A stretch of DNA of 44,971 bases from IMG/VR virus record IMGVR_UViG_3300018067_000117, positions 1 through 44,971 of that record, one strand, 5' to 3'. Each line of letters starts with the position of its first letter. Position 1 is the first letter of the stretch. The notes under the pieces are model-generated. The model ran no database searches. It was not told the origin of the DNA and worked only from the letters and a program-made list of their open reading frames with translations. Source of the stretch: a virus. Lineage: Duplodnaviria; Caudoviricetes. This document shows positions 35,009 through 43,320 of the stretch, in pieces. A program made the position numbers and the translations under genes.

Positions 35009-35575
35009 TTATCCCCAGCCCATTGGGCCATGATGCGGTGGGACTTTCCAACTGAATACTCTCGGGGGACTGAATCGCTGACCGGGCGCAAAGCGCACGA
35101 TCATGGAGTCGAACAGGGCTCCCGTGGGTTTGGCAGTTTTTGGATCGAGCTTCGGAGCACCATCCTTCCAGAACGCAATCCGCTTGTCACAGAACCAGAT
35201 TTCTGCCGCTCCACACAGGACATGGGTATGGAAGGCTTTGGTGATGCGGACGGGGAGCAGGAGGGTGGTGGCGAAGCCATAGATGGCCTCGTGCTTGGCC
35301 TTCTTGAGCATCTTGGCCACGAAAGGACCATAGGGAGGGTTGGAGTAGCCGGTCTTGCCATAGAACTTCCATGTGGTCTGCAGGGCGTCCTCTGCGAGAT
35401 GAGAACCCGGACCAAACCACATGGAACACAGGGCATTGGAGAGGTGGGCGGTCAGGTCCACGTCGAACAGGCCGAAATCCTGTTGGAGCTTGTGAAACAC
35501 CTGTGGAGGGGTCTGGAGGGTTTGGTTCTCCGGGGTGGTCAGGGCGGCGAACTTATCACGGGTGGTACGGTGCAT
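35009..35575 (-). CDS. Phage Dam-family N6-adenine DNA methyltransferase
   Basis: QTPPQVF, FDVD, EDAL...W, SNPPYG, LLLPVR, RIAF. Confidence 0.9.
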   Translation of the reverse strand: MHRTTRDKFAALTTPENQTLQTPPQVFHKLQQDFGLFDVDLTAHLSNALCSMWFGPGSHLAEDALQTTWKFYGKTGYSNPPYGPFVAKMLKKAKHEAIYGFATTLLLPVRITKAFHTHVLCGAAEIWFCDKRIAFWKDGAPKLDPKTAKPTGALFDSMIVRFAPGQRFSPPRVFSWKVPPHHGPMGWG

Positions 35576-35674
35576 AAAGCAAGTGACAGCCTCCCCGGCT
35601 GGCCTTTAGGATGTGGAATAGGCTAGTCTAGCATGGGTGTGAGAAGGGAAATTGAACGAATACGGAGCATCGAG

Positions 35675-35869
35675 CTACGACGTTTTCTCCGTGTAGATCC
35701 TGTCTAAGATTTCAAGCTGTCTGTCACTGAGGGTACCACGGGTCTGGTACTGCTCACTGATAGACTCTAAGAAATTTTCTTCCCACTTGGTCAGTGCCTT
35801 CGACGGTGACTCTAACGCTTGGAGCATGCTGTCGATCAGTTTCTGGGTGTCCGTCTTGGACGGGGGCAT
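35675..35869 (-). CDS. Hypothetical protein
   Basis: LTKWEENFLESI...GTLSDRQLEILDRIY. Confidence 0.7.
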   Translation of the reverse strand: MPPSKTDTQKLIDSMLQALESPSKALTKWEENFLESISEQYQTRGTLSDRQLEILDRIYTEKTS

Positions 35870-36065
35870 GGAAGACCTCTGGGGGTTCGACTTTACGGGT
35901 GTGGAGATGACAGGCGATAGCCGTCCCATACATGGGGAGGGGACCATCCTCATAGGCTCTGGCGGCGAGGCAGTACCCTTTGTGGGTATGCTCTCTCGTC
36001 CAGCGATTATGAGCCCAGATGCCCCAATCCTTCTTCCAGTGGTGACAGGAGTGACAGGTCAGCAT
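35754..36065 (-). CDS. Cys/His-rich protein
   Basis: LTCHSCHHW...GYC...AC. Confidence 0.55.
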   Translation of the reverse strand: MLTCHSCHHWKKDWGIWAHNRWTREHTHKGYCLAARAYEDGPLPMYGTAIACHLHTRKVEPPEVFHAPVQDGHPETDRQHAPSVRVTVEGTDQVGRKFLRVYQ

Positions 36066-36076
36066 AGAAGCTGGGT

Positions 36077-36105
36077 AGTGTACTCCCGGTCCCGCCGCCC
36101 GTCAA
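36077..36105 (-). promoter_or_regulatory. sigma70 promoter
   Basis: TTGACG-N17-TACACT. Confidence 0.65.
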
Positions 36106-36148
36106 TACCGCTATTGATGTAGGTCCCCCCTGTTACTTGGAACAGGGG

Positions 36149-36364
36149 TCAGTCTACGAAATCGACTTGTTCGGCTCTCGGACCCTTCGGCGCTTGTTGG
36201 GAGAGGAAGGTCACTTTCTGACCAATCACAATCGCATCGGGGTTCTCCACCGCACTGCGATGGAAGAAGTACTCGTAACCTTCGGCACTGATGAAGCCGA
36301 AGCCCTTCTCGGGCATCCACTTGATGATGGTGCCGGTGAGTCTGTCGTTGGTAGGTTTAGCCAT
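36149..36364 (-). CDS. Cold-shock domain protein
   Basis: GTIIKW..EKGFGFI (RNP1), YFFHRS (RNP2), GQKVTF, KGPRAEQV. Confidence 0.92.
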   Translation of the reverse strand: MAKPTNDRLTGTIIKWMPEKGFGFISAEGYEYFFHRSAVENPDAIVIGQKVTFLSQQAPKGPRAEQVDFVD

Positions 36365-36366
36365 AG

Positions 36367-36774
36367 CTACGCGAAATCGCCAATTTTCTTGTCGGACGTA
36401 ATCTGTCGGAAATAACACTGGTGCGGGTACATGTGATCCACCAGTGCTCGATGCTCATCACAGAGGCTGATGGCTCCGGTCGGATTGTCTTCATCCGGGT
36501 TGCGTTTCTGGAAGGCGATGACCGTGGGTTCCTGATCACACCGCACAAGGGGCTTGGGACCGAAGGTCACCTCTCCTGAGGTATCGCGCCACTCACATTG
36601 ACAGCGGGTCAGATCGGGAGGAGCCGTCAAGATGACGGCGGGTTCGCTCGATACCACCTGCTCATCGAGATAGCGCACCAGTTCCCGTTCGTCTTCGATG
36701 GGAATCAAGCCCTGTGCGTCCTCAATCTCGGGCTCGTCCTCTTCGTACTCCGGGTCTTTCTTCTTTTTTCCCAC
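36367..36774 (-). CDS. Acidic Cys-containing hypothetical protein
   Basis: GTG after GGAGG; RCQCE...RC...SLCDEH. Confidence 0.65.
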   Translation of the reverse strand: MGKKKKDPEYEEDEPEIEDAQGLIPIEDERELVRYLDEQVVSSEPAVILTAPPDLTRCQCEWRDTSGEVTFGPKPLVRCDQEPTVIAFQKRNPDEDNPTGAISLCDEHRALVDHMYPHQCYFRQITSDKKIGDFA

Positions 36775-36787
36775 CGCCGCCTCCAAC

Positions 36788-36814
36788 GAAAGAGAGGGCG
36801 GCTCGATGCCGCCC
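36788..36814 (-). terminator. Intrinsic terminator
   Basis: GGGCGGC-ATCGA-GCCGCCC followed by TCTCTTT. Confidence 0.65.
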
Positions 36815-36828
36815 CCCGTCACCACGTC

Positions 36829-37104
36829 TTACCGGCTACCCGGACGGTTCGGACCTGACGGCCCCGGCCCGGTGGAGGGTCTGGTCTGTCCCGGCCTGTC
36901 ATCGGGTCTGGACTCTCCCGGCTTGGTTCCCGGCAGATCCTGATTCGGACGATCCGGACGATCCGGACGTTCCACACCCGGCTTCGTCGGAGGCTGTGTG
37001 GGTTGCTGTGTGGGCTCTGTCGGTGTCGTGGTGGTGGTCGTAGTCGTAGGTTGCGACGGTGTCGAAGACGGAGGATTCGAAGAAGGGTTGTTGGCTGCAG
37101 TCAT
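36829..37104 (-). CDS. Pro/Thr-rich intrinsically disordered protein
   Basis: SD AAGGAG; own promoter and terminator; poly-T and RPD repeats. Confidence 0.7.
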   Translation of the reverse strand: MTAANNPSSNPPSSTPSQPTTTTTTTTPTEPTQQPTQPPTKPGVERPDRPDRPNQDLPGTKPGESRPDDRPGQTRPSTGPGPSGPNRPGSR

Positions 37105-37135
37105 GAAGACTCCTTGAGAACGAAGGACGTCGCCC

Positions 37136-37164
37136 AGTGTAACCATGATGGTCCGTAGTGTCAA
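37136..37164 (-). promoter_or_regulatory. sigma70 promoter
   Basis: TTGACA-N17-TACACT. Confidence 0.8.
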
Positions 37165-37184
37165 TTGCAATCAGTTGCACGAAC

Positions 37185-37460
37185 TTAGCAGTTGAACGTG
37201 AGCAGCAGATTCGTAATCATGGCCAGCGTGGCAAGGATGGCAAACAACTCAGGCATCGCAATCGCTGCGACACCCGCGAAGTACCCATACCCGATGATCA
37301 TCGACTGGAACGCGATCACGTCAGCCCGGAGCGCATTGCACGTCGCGGACATATCCGGACCCTGCGCGAAGATCACATTGGGTATGGTCAACACCGCAAT
37401 GAACAGGGCCACCCACATCATCGTGAACCGAGCCTGAAACAATCGCTTCAGTTTCATCAC
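37185..37460 (-). CDS. Hydrophobic exported/membrane protein
   Basis: SD GGAGGT; signal-like N-term (VIFA-QG) and hydrophobic C-terminal half. Confidence 0.6.
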   Translation of the reverse strand: MMKLKRLFQARFTMMWVALFIAVLTIPNVIFAQGPDMSATCNALRADVIAFQSMIIGYGYFAGVAAIAMPELFAILATLAMITNLLLTFNC

Positions 37461-37597
37461 TCACCTCCGGATAATCCCTGTGCATTGAGTTGGCGTGGGT
37501 TCCGTCATTTTATGTGTTTATCGCCACCCACAAGCATTCACACAACCTTCGAAGATGCGGCTGGGCACGTACCTTCGACCGGAGACTGGGGGGTCAC

Positions 37598-37753
37598 TTA
37601 CTTCGTCGGCACCGTCCGCTGACCGGGCACACCGGGTGTACCACTGGTGCCCTTGTCACCCTTGTCCGTGGGCTTGTGGAATTCATCGGGCAAGTTGGTG
37701 GGCTTGTCGCTCGGGCGATTCGGATCGGGTTTGCCGCCTTTGTCTCCGGGCAT
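37598..37753 (-). CDS. Pro/Lys/Gly-rich disordered peptide (51 aa, not in the ORF track)
   Basis: SD AAGGAG; MPGDKGGKPDPNRPSDKPT... Confidence 0.65.
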   Translation of the reverse strand: MPGDKGGKPDPNRPSDKPTNLPDEFHKPTDKGDKGTSGTPGVPGQRTVPTK

Positions 37754-37764
37754 GCTGTTCTCCT

Positions 37765-38175
37765 TTATTGCGGAAATACCACATCACGGGAGCCTTGCCG
37801 CAATTCCCGAAAATCAAGCAAGGCTTGGGCCGCTTTGTTCTCGGACAGACCTACTTTGGTGGTGAGAAATCGGTAGAGCAGGGTATCCGACACAGCCGCT
37901 TCAATGGCTTGTGACAACATGCCATGGACTTCGCGGGCCTTGTCCAGATCCATCTGGGTCTTTTCCCGGTTCAGCGTGAATTCCACCATGCCTTGCTTGG
38001 TACGCTGACTCAGGATGGTGGCGATTTCGATATGACACAGCCCATCATCCATGGGCTGCATCAACCGCTTCAGTTCATTCCGGGCCGATGCCACGGCAGC
38101 GGCTTGGAAATCGTGATGCCCGTCACGCAAAGTGCGTTGGGCATCACTCAGCATGTCATCGAGTGATTGGGGCAT
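37765..38175 (-). CDS. Hypothetical protein
   Basis: ILSQRTKQGMVEF...AREVHGML.QAIEAAVSD. Confidence 0.65.
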   Translation of the reverse strand: MPQSLDDMLSDAQRTLRDGHHDFQAAAVASARNELKRLMQPMDDGLCHIEIATILSQRTKQGMVEFTLNREKTQMDLDKAREVHGMLSQAIEAAVSDTLLYRFLTTKVGLSENKAAQALLDFRELRQGSRDVVFPQ

Positions 38176-38335
38176 CAGTTTCTGACTCGGGCGTCCGGAG
38201 CGCCACACGAGCCGGATGAGAGCAATTCAAGATCGTGCCGGTATGGCCCTCATTGACCAGTGGCGTCACACGCCACACGTTCGGCACGAGACTGTCTCGC
38301 GTATGCTCGTACCGATAGTGTGGCGTGTTCTCCAC
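38156..38335 (-). CDS. Small hypothetical protein (59 aa)
   Basis: GTG immediately after the upstream TAA; fills the gap. Confidence 0.4.
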   Translation of the reverse strand: MENTPHYRYEHTRDSLVPNVWRVTPLVNEGHTGTILNCSHPARVALRTPESETDAPITR

Positions 38336-38336
38336 C

Positions 38337-39128
38337 TTAGCCCTCGACCGGGGCCACCGTAATGTCGTACATCGGGAACTTCTCCGCGATGCGCTTCAGG
38401 AGCGGTTCGAAGCCCGTGGTGTCAATGACCTCGTCCAGCGAGAACGGCTTCTGGACGGTGTTCGTGCCACCCACGTACCCGGCGCAGATGTTCTCCAGCG
38501 CCACGGTGTCGTACTCCGTGTGCAGTTCGCCCTTGGCCTTGGCCAGCGCCTGCGTGACCGCTTCGGCCTGATCGGGCTTCAGCTTGAACGTCATCTTGAC
38601 GACTTCGTCCGTGGTCTTGGCGGTCTTCTCGTCGCCCTCCGTGGGCTTGAGCGCCTTGATCGCCGCCTGCAGTTCCACGACCGTCAGCTTCTCGGCCTTG
38701 GCCACCCAGTCGTCCACGTTCTCCGGCGTGATGATCGGAGCCAGATCCTTGAGCTTGGTCCAGCCCAGATGGCTGACCTTGTCCCACGGGATCATCTTGG
38801 TGACGAGGTTGTCGTAGATGCTGACGAGATAGCGGGCCTTGCGGCCCTGAAAGCCGTACTTCTCGTACACGAAGTCATCGAAGTAATCGAAGCCTTCGAA
38901 CCACGAGTTGTCGTTGATGAGCTTGAGCACCCCACCGAGCTTGAAGTAGTTGACTTCAATGTTCTCGGCCAGATTCTCCGCCATGTTGAGCGCCTTCGTC
39001 TTGCTCAGGCTCTCCACTTCATGGGCGATGTCGAGAATCAGGTTGCCCGTCTTCTCGGTCTTCTTCTTCCCGATGGTCGTGGTGTCGGGCTTTTCCTCGA
39101 CTACCGCGCCTGCCGCTGCTTCTGCCAT
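38337..39128 (-). CDS. Probable DNA-binding protein (DUF3102-like helical domain)
   Basis: YFKLGGVLKLI...FDDFV...GFQGRKARYL...LGWTKL; strong codon bias. Confidence 0.6.
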   Translation of the reverse strand: MAEAAAGAVVEEKPDTTTIGKKKTEKTGNLILDIAHEVESLSKTKALNMAENLAENIEVNYFKLGGVLKLINDNSWFEGFDYFDDFVYEKYGFQGRKARYLVSIYDNLVTKMIPWDKVSHLGWTKLKDLAPIITPENVDDWVAKAEKLTVVELQAAIKALKPTEGDEKTAKTTDEVVKMTFKLKPDQAEAVTQALAKAKGELHTEYDTVALENICAGYVGGTNTVQKPFSLDEVIDTTGFEPLLKRIAEKFPMYDITVAPVEG

Positions 39129-39165
39129 GTGAATTCCTCCGAATTCCAAAAATTGAACCTGACAT

Positions 39166-39195
39166 ATGATGCCATGAGGGGCATCAGTTTGTCAA
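39166..39195 (-). promoter_or_regulatory. sigma70-like promoter
   Basis: TTGACA-N18-CATCAT. Confidence 0.5.
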
Positions 39196-39219
39196 CTGTT
39201 CAAAATCGTTAGGAAATCC

Positions 39220-39978
39220 CTACGCGGGGACTGCCTCCGGCTGGGCCTTCTTGCCCTTCTTGCCCTTGGCCACTGCCTTGGGCGCGGGGGGCGCGGCCTT
39301 CGTCGCCTTGGCCTTCTTCTCCCCGGAATCGAAGGTGATGCCCGGAAAATCCTTCTTCATGCGGGCAAACTTGGCATCCATCACCGTGACCGGGGGCTCA
39401 CCGGTCAGATCGAAGCACAGCCGCCAGTACACGTCGATGGCTCCGGACAGGAACGAGCGGATCTGGTTCTGCCGCTCCATCTCTGCGGCCTGCTCAGCGG
39501 CCACGTCCACGACCTCCACGTTCCGCTCTTCCTTGGCCCCGCCCTTCTGGGGCATGGGGACCATCTTCTTGACCGTGGTCATCGTGGGGCTCACGAACAG
39601 GCTCTGCTCCGCCTGCCGAAGGATATCCGTCGCCAGACTGTCCAACTGCAGGATGGCGGATCCGCGAGTGCCTACGAGCTTGGCCTTCTTGGTGCTCGAT
39701 GGCAGCTTGACCTTCAGCACGCGAGCAATCGCCGTCAGGTCGTAGCCGATATCGCCCAGTGTCGCCGTGGCGTGATCCTTCATCTCCTGTGTCTGCGGCA
39801 GACCCAGCAGATACTGTCCCATGATCTGCAGCAACTGCCCCGTGTGGCCTTTGAGCCCCACGGCACCCCGCACCACCTGTGTCCGCACCGTGTTCTTCGA
39901 CACCATCCGCAGAGCGGTCTTGGTGGCCTTCACCGGCAGCGTCTTCGCCACATTCCGTCGAAATGTCCCGATTTGCAT
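39220..39978 (-). CDS. Hypothetical protein with Lys/Ala-rich tail
   Basis: SD AAGGAG; ATG coupled to the RuvC stop. Confidence 0.7.
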   Translation of the reverse strand: MQIGTFRRNVAKTLPVKATKTALRMVSKNTVRTQVVRGAVGLKGHTGQLLQIMGQYLLGLPQTQEMKDHATATLGDIGYDLTAIARVLKVKLPSSTKKAKLVGTRGSAILQLDSLATDILRQAEQSLFVSPTMTTVKKMVPMPQKGGAKEERNVEVVDVAAEQAAEMERQNQIRSFLSGAIDVYWRLCFDLTGEPPVTVMDAKFARMKKDFPGITFDSGEKKAKATKAAPPAPKAVAKGKKGKKAQPEAVPA

Positions 39979-40508
39979 CACATCAACTCCTTTCCACTCC
40001 TTGGAGGGTCTAACATCGTTCCAAGACTGGCCCACCCAATAGTTACGCCTTGCACATTCCGAATCGCATCCCACCCGAGTTGTGCCATCTGGGCGAGTGC
40101 GTACGCATCGACAATATCGTGTGAATGACTCTGATACGCCCAGCGTTGCTTGACGGACAGGGCCATCATGTCCTTGGTCGCATTGCCCTTGCCCGTGGTC
40201 CACTTCTTCAGGACCGTGGGCGGGACTTCCACCCATGGAATCCCCAGCGTATAGAGCACGCTACGCACCATGGTGCCGACTTCGACCAGCTTTACGAACG
40301 CACCGACGTTCCTGACGTAGGCATAGCCCTCAATGGCCACGAACGCTGGTTGCCAGATTTGCAACGTCTCTGCCACCTCGTTGGCAATCAGTTGCAATCT
40401 GAGGTAGCCCCGCTCGTTGGGCACCTGAACCGTCTTGCCCCGATCCTCCTCATCCCCAACCAGCGCCATGCCCGTGCAGGTCGCACAATCAAGCCCTACG
40501 GTCTTCAT
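39978..40508 (-). CDS. ruvC: RuvC-like Holliday junction resolvase
   Basis: VGLDCA..TG, VAIEG, VPPTVLKKW.TGKGNATKD, DIVDAYALA. Confidence 0.9.
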   Translation of the reverse strand: MKTVGLDCATCTGMALVGDEEDRGKTVQVPNERGYLRLQLIANEVAETLQIWQPAFVAIEGYAYVRNVGAFVKLVEVGTMVRSVLYTLGIPWVEVPPTVLKKWTTGKGNATKDMMALSVKQRWAYQSHSHDIVDAYALAQMAQLGWDAIRNVQGVTIGWASLGTMLDPPRSGKELM

Positions 40509-40685
40509 TCACTCTTTCAGAGTGATCGTCAAGGTCCGAAACAACTGCGTGATGGGCACCCCGCACGAGCAGTGCCAGTGCTCCTGTCCCGATTGACGTA
40601 AGAACACCTCCCACGCGACTCGGGCTTGTTCCAGCGTCTCGGCTCGCTCATACAACGAACGCCACATGACTTCCATGTCCAGCAT
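40509..40685 (-). CDS. Hypothetical protein
   Basis: GQEHWHCSC; start uncertain. Confidence 0.5.
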   Translation of the reverse strand: MLDMEVMWRSLYERAETLEQARVAWEVFLRQSGQEHWHCSCGVPITQLFRTLTITLKE

Positions 40686-40762
40686 TCGCAGGCGGCGATG
40701 CCTCCAGAGCGACCACCGTGAACAAGGCGTAGACCCGGCAATCCTCACGCACGTCTCTCGCT

Positions 40763-41827
40763 TTACTTCAGAAACAAATTAGAATGTCCGACCTCGACGC
40801 TGACACCATCGTCAATCTGCGTGATAATCAGCCCCATGTTGATCCGACGGCTGGTGTCATCCGTCCAACTCCCCAGCCCAGTCGGATTCGTGGCACTGGT
40901 CTTATAGAAGGTCGTGCCGAGTTCTATCATGTTCAAGACCGCTGGGTTGTCAAAGATACGCTCCCGCACGGTCAGCGCCGTCGCGCCGGGTTTCACCACG
41001 AGACGATAGGTCACCCCGGCACTCAAAACAATGGGCGTGGTAATCAGGTACTGCGCGGGACCGGCAGTGGCCAGCGATTTGTCGGCGTCTATGGCCGTAG
41101 TTGAGAGCGGCGTCACGCCGTCAGGCCCATACACCACAAAATCGAAATCGCCGCCTGCCACCCAGTTGGTCTGCACCCAGAAGCCACCGAGCGTCATCCG
41201 AGCGGCGGGAGTAAAGCTGTTCCCCACCTGATTGGGAGATAAAGCACTGGAAACACTCAGCGTATTCACGGATTCTTCGATGAACGCATCCGATCCACAC
41301 CACTCGTAACTGCCATCACTGTATTTGACGCCAATCGCGCACAAGGCAGCGTTCTTGACCCATGCCCCCGTGTTGAAGACGTCGCTGTAGGGGAAAAAGA
41401 ATGATGGAATAGATCCCCACCGCGAAATGTTGCCGACAAAGGGTGTCGCCCAGACAATCACGGCGGCAAGGTAATCGCCCCGCGTGACGACCGCGTCAGC
41501 GGTAAAGTCAGCCGACTCCTTGAAGATCAGGTCGTCGGCGGAACCAAGGACGAGATTTGCGTTGGTGTTAGTCCCAAAGAGCGTGCCTGACGGGTCACCC
41601 GTCGCATTCACCGTTTCAAGACGGGCGTCAAGCGTAGCGCCGGTCGTAATATTAGCGGTCACGCAGACGATCCGGCGGATCAGACCGGTTTTCGGGGCTT
41701 GGAAAATTTGCGCGGCCTTCTCACCCACCGCATCAATCAGGACTCCTGAATAACCGGGTGTCGTCCCAGTCGTGGTGTTCGGGCCACGACCGGGGAGCAC
41801 GATGGGGCCAACATTCACAAGAGTCAT
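40763..41827 (-). CDS. Beta-rich probable virion protein
   Basis: Thr/Gly/Ala-rich, two similar beta-sandwich-like halves. Confidence 0.6.
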   Translation of the reverse strand: MTLVNVGPIVLPGRGPNTTTGTTPGYSGVLIDAVGEKAAQIFQAPKTGLIRRIVCVTANITTGATLDARLETVNATGDPSGTLFGTNTNANLVLGSADDLIFKESADFTADAVVTRGDYLAAVIVWATPFVGNISRWGSIPSFFFPYSDVFNTGAWVKNAALCAIGVKYSDGSYEWCGSDAFIEESVNTLSVSSALSPNQVGNSFTPAARMTLGGFWVQTNWVAGGDFDFVVYGPDGVTPLSTTAIDADKSLATAGPAQYLITTPIVLSAGVTYRLVVKPGATALTVRERIFDNPAVLNMIELGTTFYKTSATNPTGLGSWTDDTSRRINMGLIITQIDDGVSVEVGHSNLFLK

Positions 41828-41835
41828 TGCAATAG

Positions 41836-42741
41836 CTACTCTTCAGGAGAGGGCGGATATTTCCCTGCCACATACTGGCCTGAAAAACAGGGCTGACAGA
41901 CGCTGCACTGCTTGGCGATCTTGTCCAGCGCCGTCGCGCAAATGCCCGCAGGTAACATGCCGGTCTGCCGAAAGTTTTTCAACGCGGAGGCTCGCTTCAG
42001 GAATTCGGCCAGATCAGCGTCGTTGCGCTTGACGACAAATTCCTTGAAGGGCAGAATCTCATTCCACTCCGCATTGAGCTTTCCATAGCCACGACTAATA
42101 TACAGCACTCTCGCTTCCGTCGTGCAAATTTTTTCTTTGTGGGGATGGTGGGATTCGTCCAGTATCTTCAGGTAGAGGTTAGTTCGGAGCCGATGTTCGG
42201 GGAAGGGCACGACAATGGTGTCAAACTCCGCCGGGTTCAAGGTCTTCAACTCGGTCACAATCAGTTGCGGTGCTCCGATATTGAACAGGGCATCAATGCC
42301 CCCCTGAAGGCCATACTCCGGGGCTTCGACCACGGTCTGCAGATGCTGCCACCAATGCTTCTTGCCGGTCGTACAGCACCCCGTGGGCTTGGGCACCATG
42401 GACCGCTGCTCCCCGCACAACCGGCACCGCCAGTTACCCACCACCGCTTGGCCTGCCCACTCCTCAATCAACGTCTGCTCGACCAGCAGGCCCATCTGGT
42501 AGGTCACGTCCATGGCGGTCGCAATCCTATCCATGGGTGGCTCTTTCTCAAACAGGTCGAACAGTGCCCACCGCTTAGGGCAGAAATCCACCTTGGTCAC
42601 ATCAGAGGCATGGAGCACGGCCATCGAGCGGCCCCGCTGGGGACCGCCCAGTTGCTGCTTCAGCACGCTGATGATGCTCTGCTTCGGGCGTGTGGCCTTA
42701 TGCAGAGCGTTGTGCAGCCACGACACCGGAGCCATGGTCAT
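41836..42741 (-). CDS. Cas4-like PD-(D/E)XK exonuclease
   Basis: LHASD...CPKR, GGIDAL, ELKT, C-terminal C...CSVC..C (Fe-S-type Cys layout). Confidence 0.8.
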   Translation of the reverse strand: MTMAPVSWLHNALHKATRPKQSIISVLKQQLGGPQRGRSMAVLHASDVTKVDFCPKRWALFDLFEKEPPMDRIATAMDVTYQMGLLVEQTLIEEWAGQAVVGNWRCRLCGEQRSMVPKPTGCCTTGKKHWWQHLQTVVEAPEYGLQGGIDALFNIGAPQLIVTELKTLNPAEFDTIVVPFPEHRLRTNLYLKILDESHHPHKEKICTTEARVLYISRGYGKLNAEWNEILPFKEFVVKRNDADLAEFLKRASALKNFRQTGMLPAGICATALDKIAKQCSVCQPCFSGQYVAGKYPPSPEE

Positions 42742-42962
42742 CGAGCGGGCGGAAAGGGTTGCGCGGACGGGGGCTCTGACGCAATCCGAATCTCCACGCG
42801 CTTCCCACCGTGCTCATCAGCATGCCAACGTGGGAGCATCGAATGCTCCGACAGGACTTCCACGCCCGGACCCTCTGCTCCGACCACCATCCCGATGATG
42901 TGATCGTTGTGCCACAGTTCGATCACACCCGGTGCCAGTCCTTGTCTCAACTCAGTCTTCAC
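42738..42962 (-). CDS. Hypothetical protein
   Basis: 74 aa, coupled. Confidence 0.6.
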   Translation of the reverse strand: MKTELRQGLAPGVIELWHNDHIIGMVVGAEGPGVEVLSEHSMLPRWHADEHGGKRVEIRIASEPPSAQPFPPAR

Positions 42963-43320
42963 TCGTCAACTCCTGAAATACCGCCATGGGCAGCACTACC
43001 CACTCCGCATAGTGCTTCATCCGGGCCATGCCTGCATTGTCCACAAACGACACCGTGACGGCAGGCGTCTGTCCATGGTCCAAGGCTTCGTGGGCAATCT
43101 TCACCAGCCACGCCATGTCTAACAGCAGGCAGTGGGTGACGGTGCTCTTCATCTCCATGCGAAAGTTCCGCAAACTCGCATCCGACTTGGTCGCTCGGGT
43201 GGCTCCGGAATTCGGGTGCAGACGTGCGCCGATCTTCTTGGCCACTCGCTTTTCGGATTTCTTGCCATGGGGGTTCTTCCCCGCATTGGCCAGTCGATCC
43301 AGATACGGGTTGCTAGCCAT
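42952..43320 (-). CDS. Small PD-(D/E)XK nuclease (Hjc-like resolvase)
   Basis: KSEKRVAK, PNSGA...KSD, MEMKST. Confidence 0.75.
   Translation of the reverse strand: MASNPYLDRLANAGKNPHGKKSEKRVAKKIGARLHPNSGATRATKSDASLRNFRMEMKSTVTHCLLLDMAWLVKIAHEALDHGQTPAVTVSFVDNAGMARMKHYAEWVVLPMAVFQELTSED

Larger units (their letters stand above)
1318..40396. repeat. Dispersed 14-bp imperfect palindrome (T/G)GCA(A/C)TCA(A/G/C)(T/G)TGC(A/C/G), 16 copies
   Basis: Starts at 1318, 4087, 9649, 12716, 14758, 16543, 18755, 21675, 23667, 24704 (most divergent), 25675, 27850, 30757, 34202, 37166, 40383. Confidence 0.85.

Noticed and set aside
36780-36824. tRNA-like 3' end on + (GGCGG-CTCGATG-CCGCC-CCCCGTC-ACCA)
   Set aside because: No matching 5' acceptor strand or D arm upstream; better explained as the - strand terminator of 36829-37104. 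A tRNA/att remnant cannot be fully excluded.
36945-36970. Tandem CCGGACGAT repeats as DNA iterons
   Set aside because: Explained by RPD peptide repeats in the disordered protein.
20024-42269. Weaker matches to the 14-bp palindrome (20024, 34812, 42256)
   Set aside because: Three or more mismatches; not counted without a statistical model.
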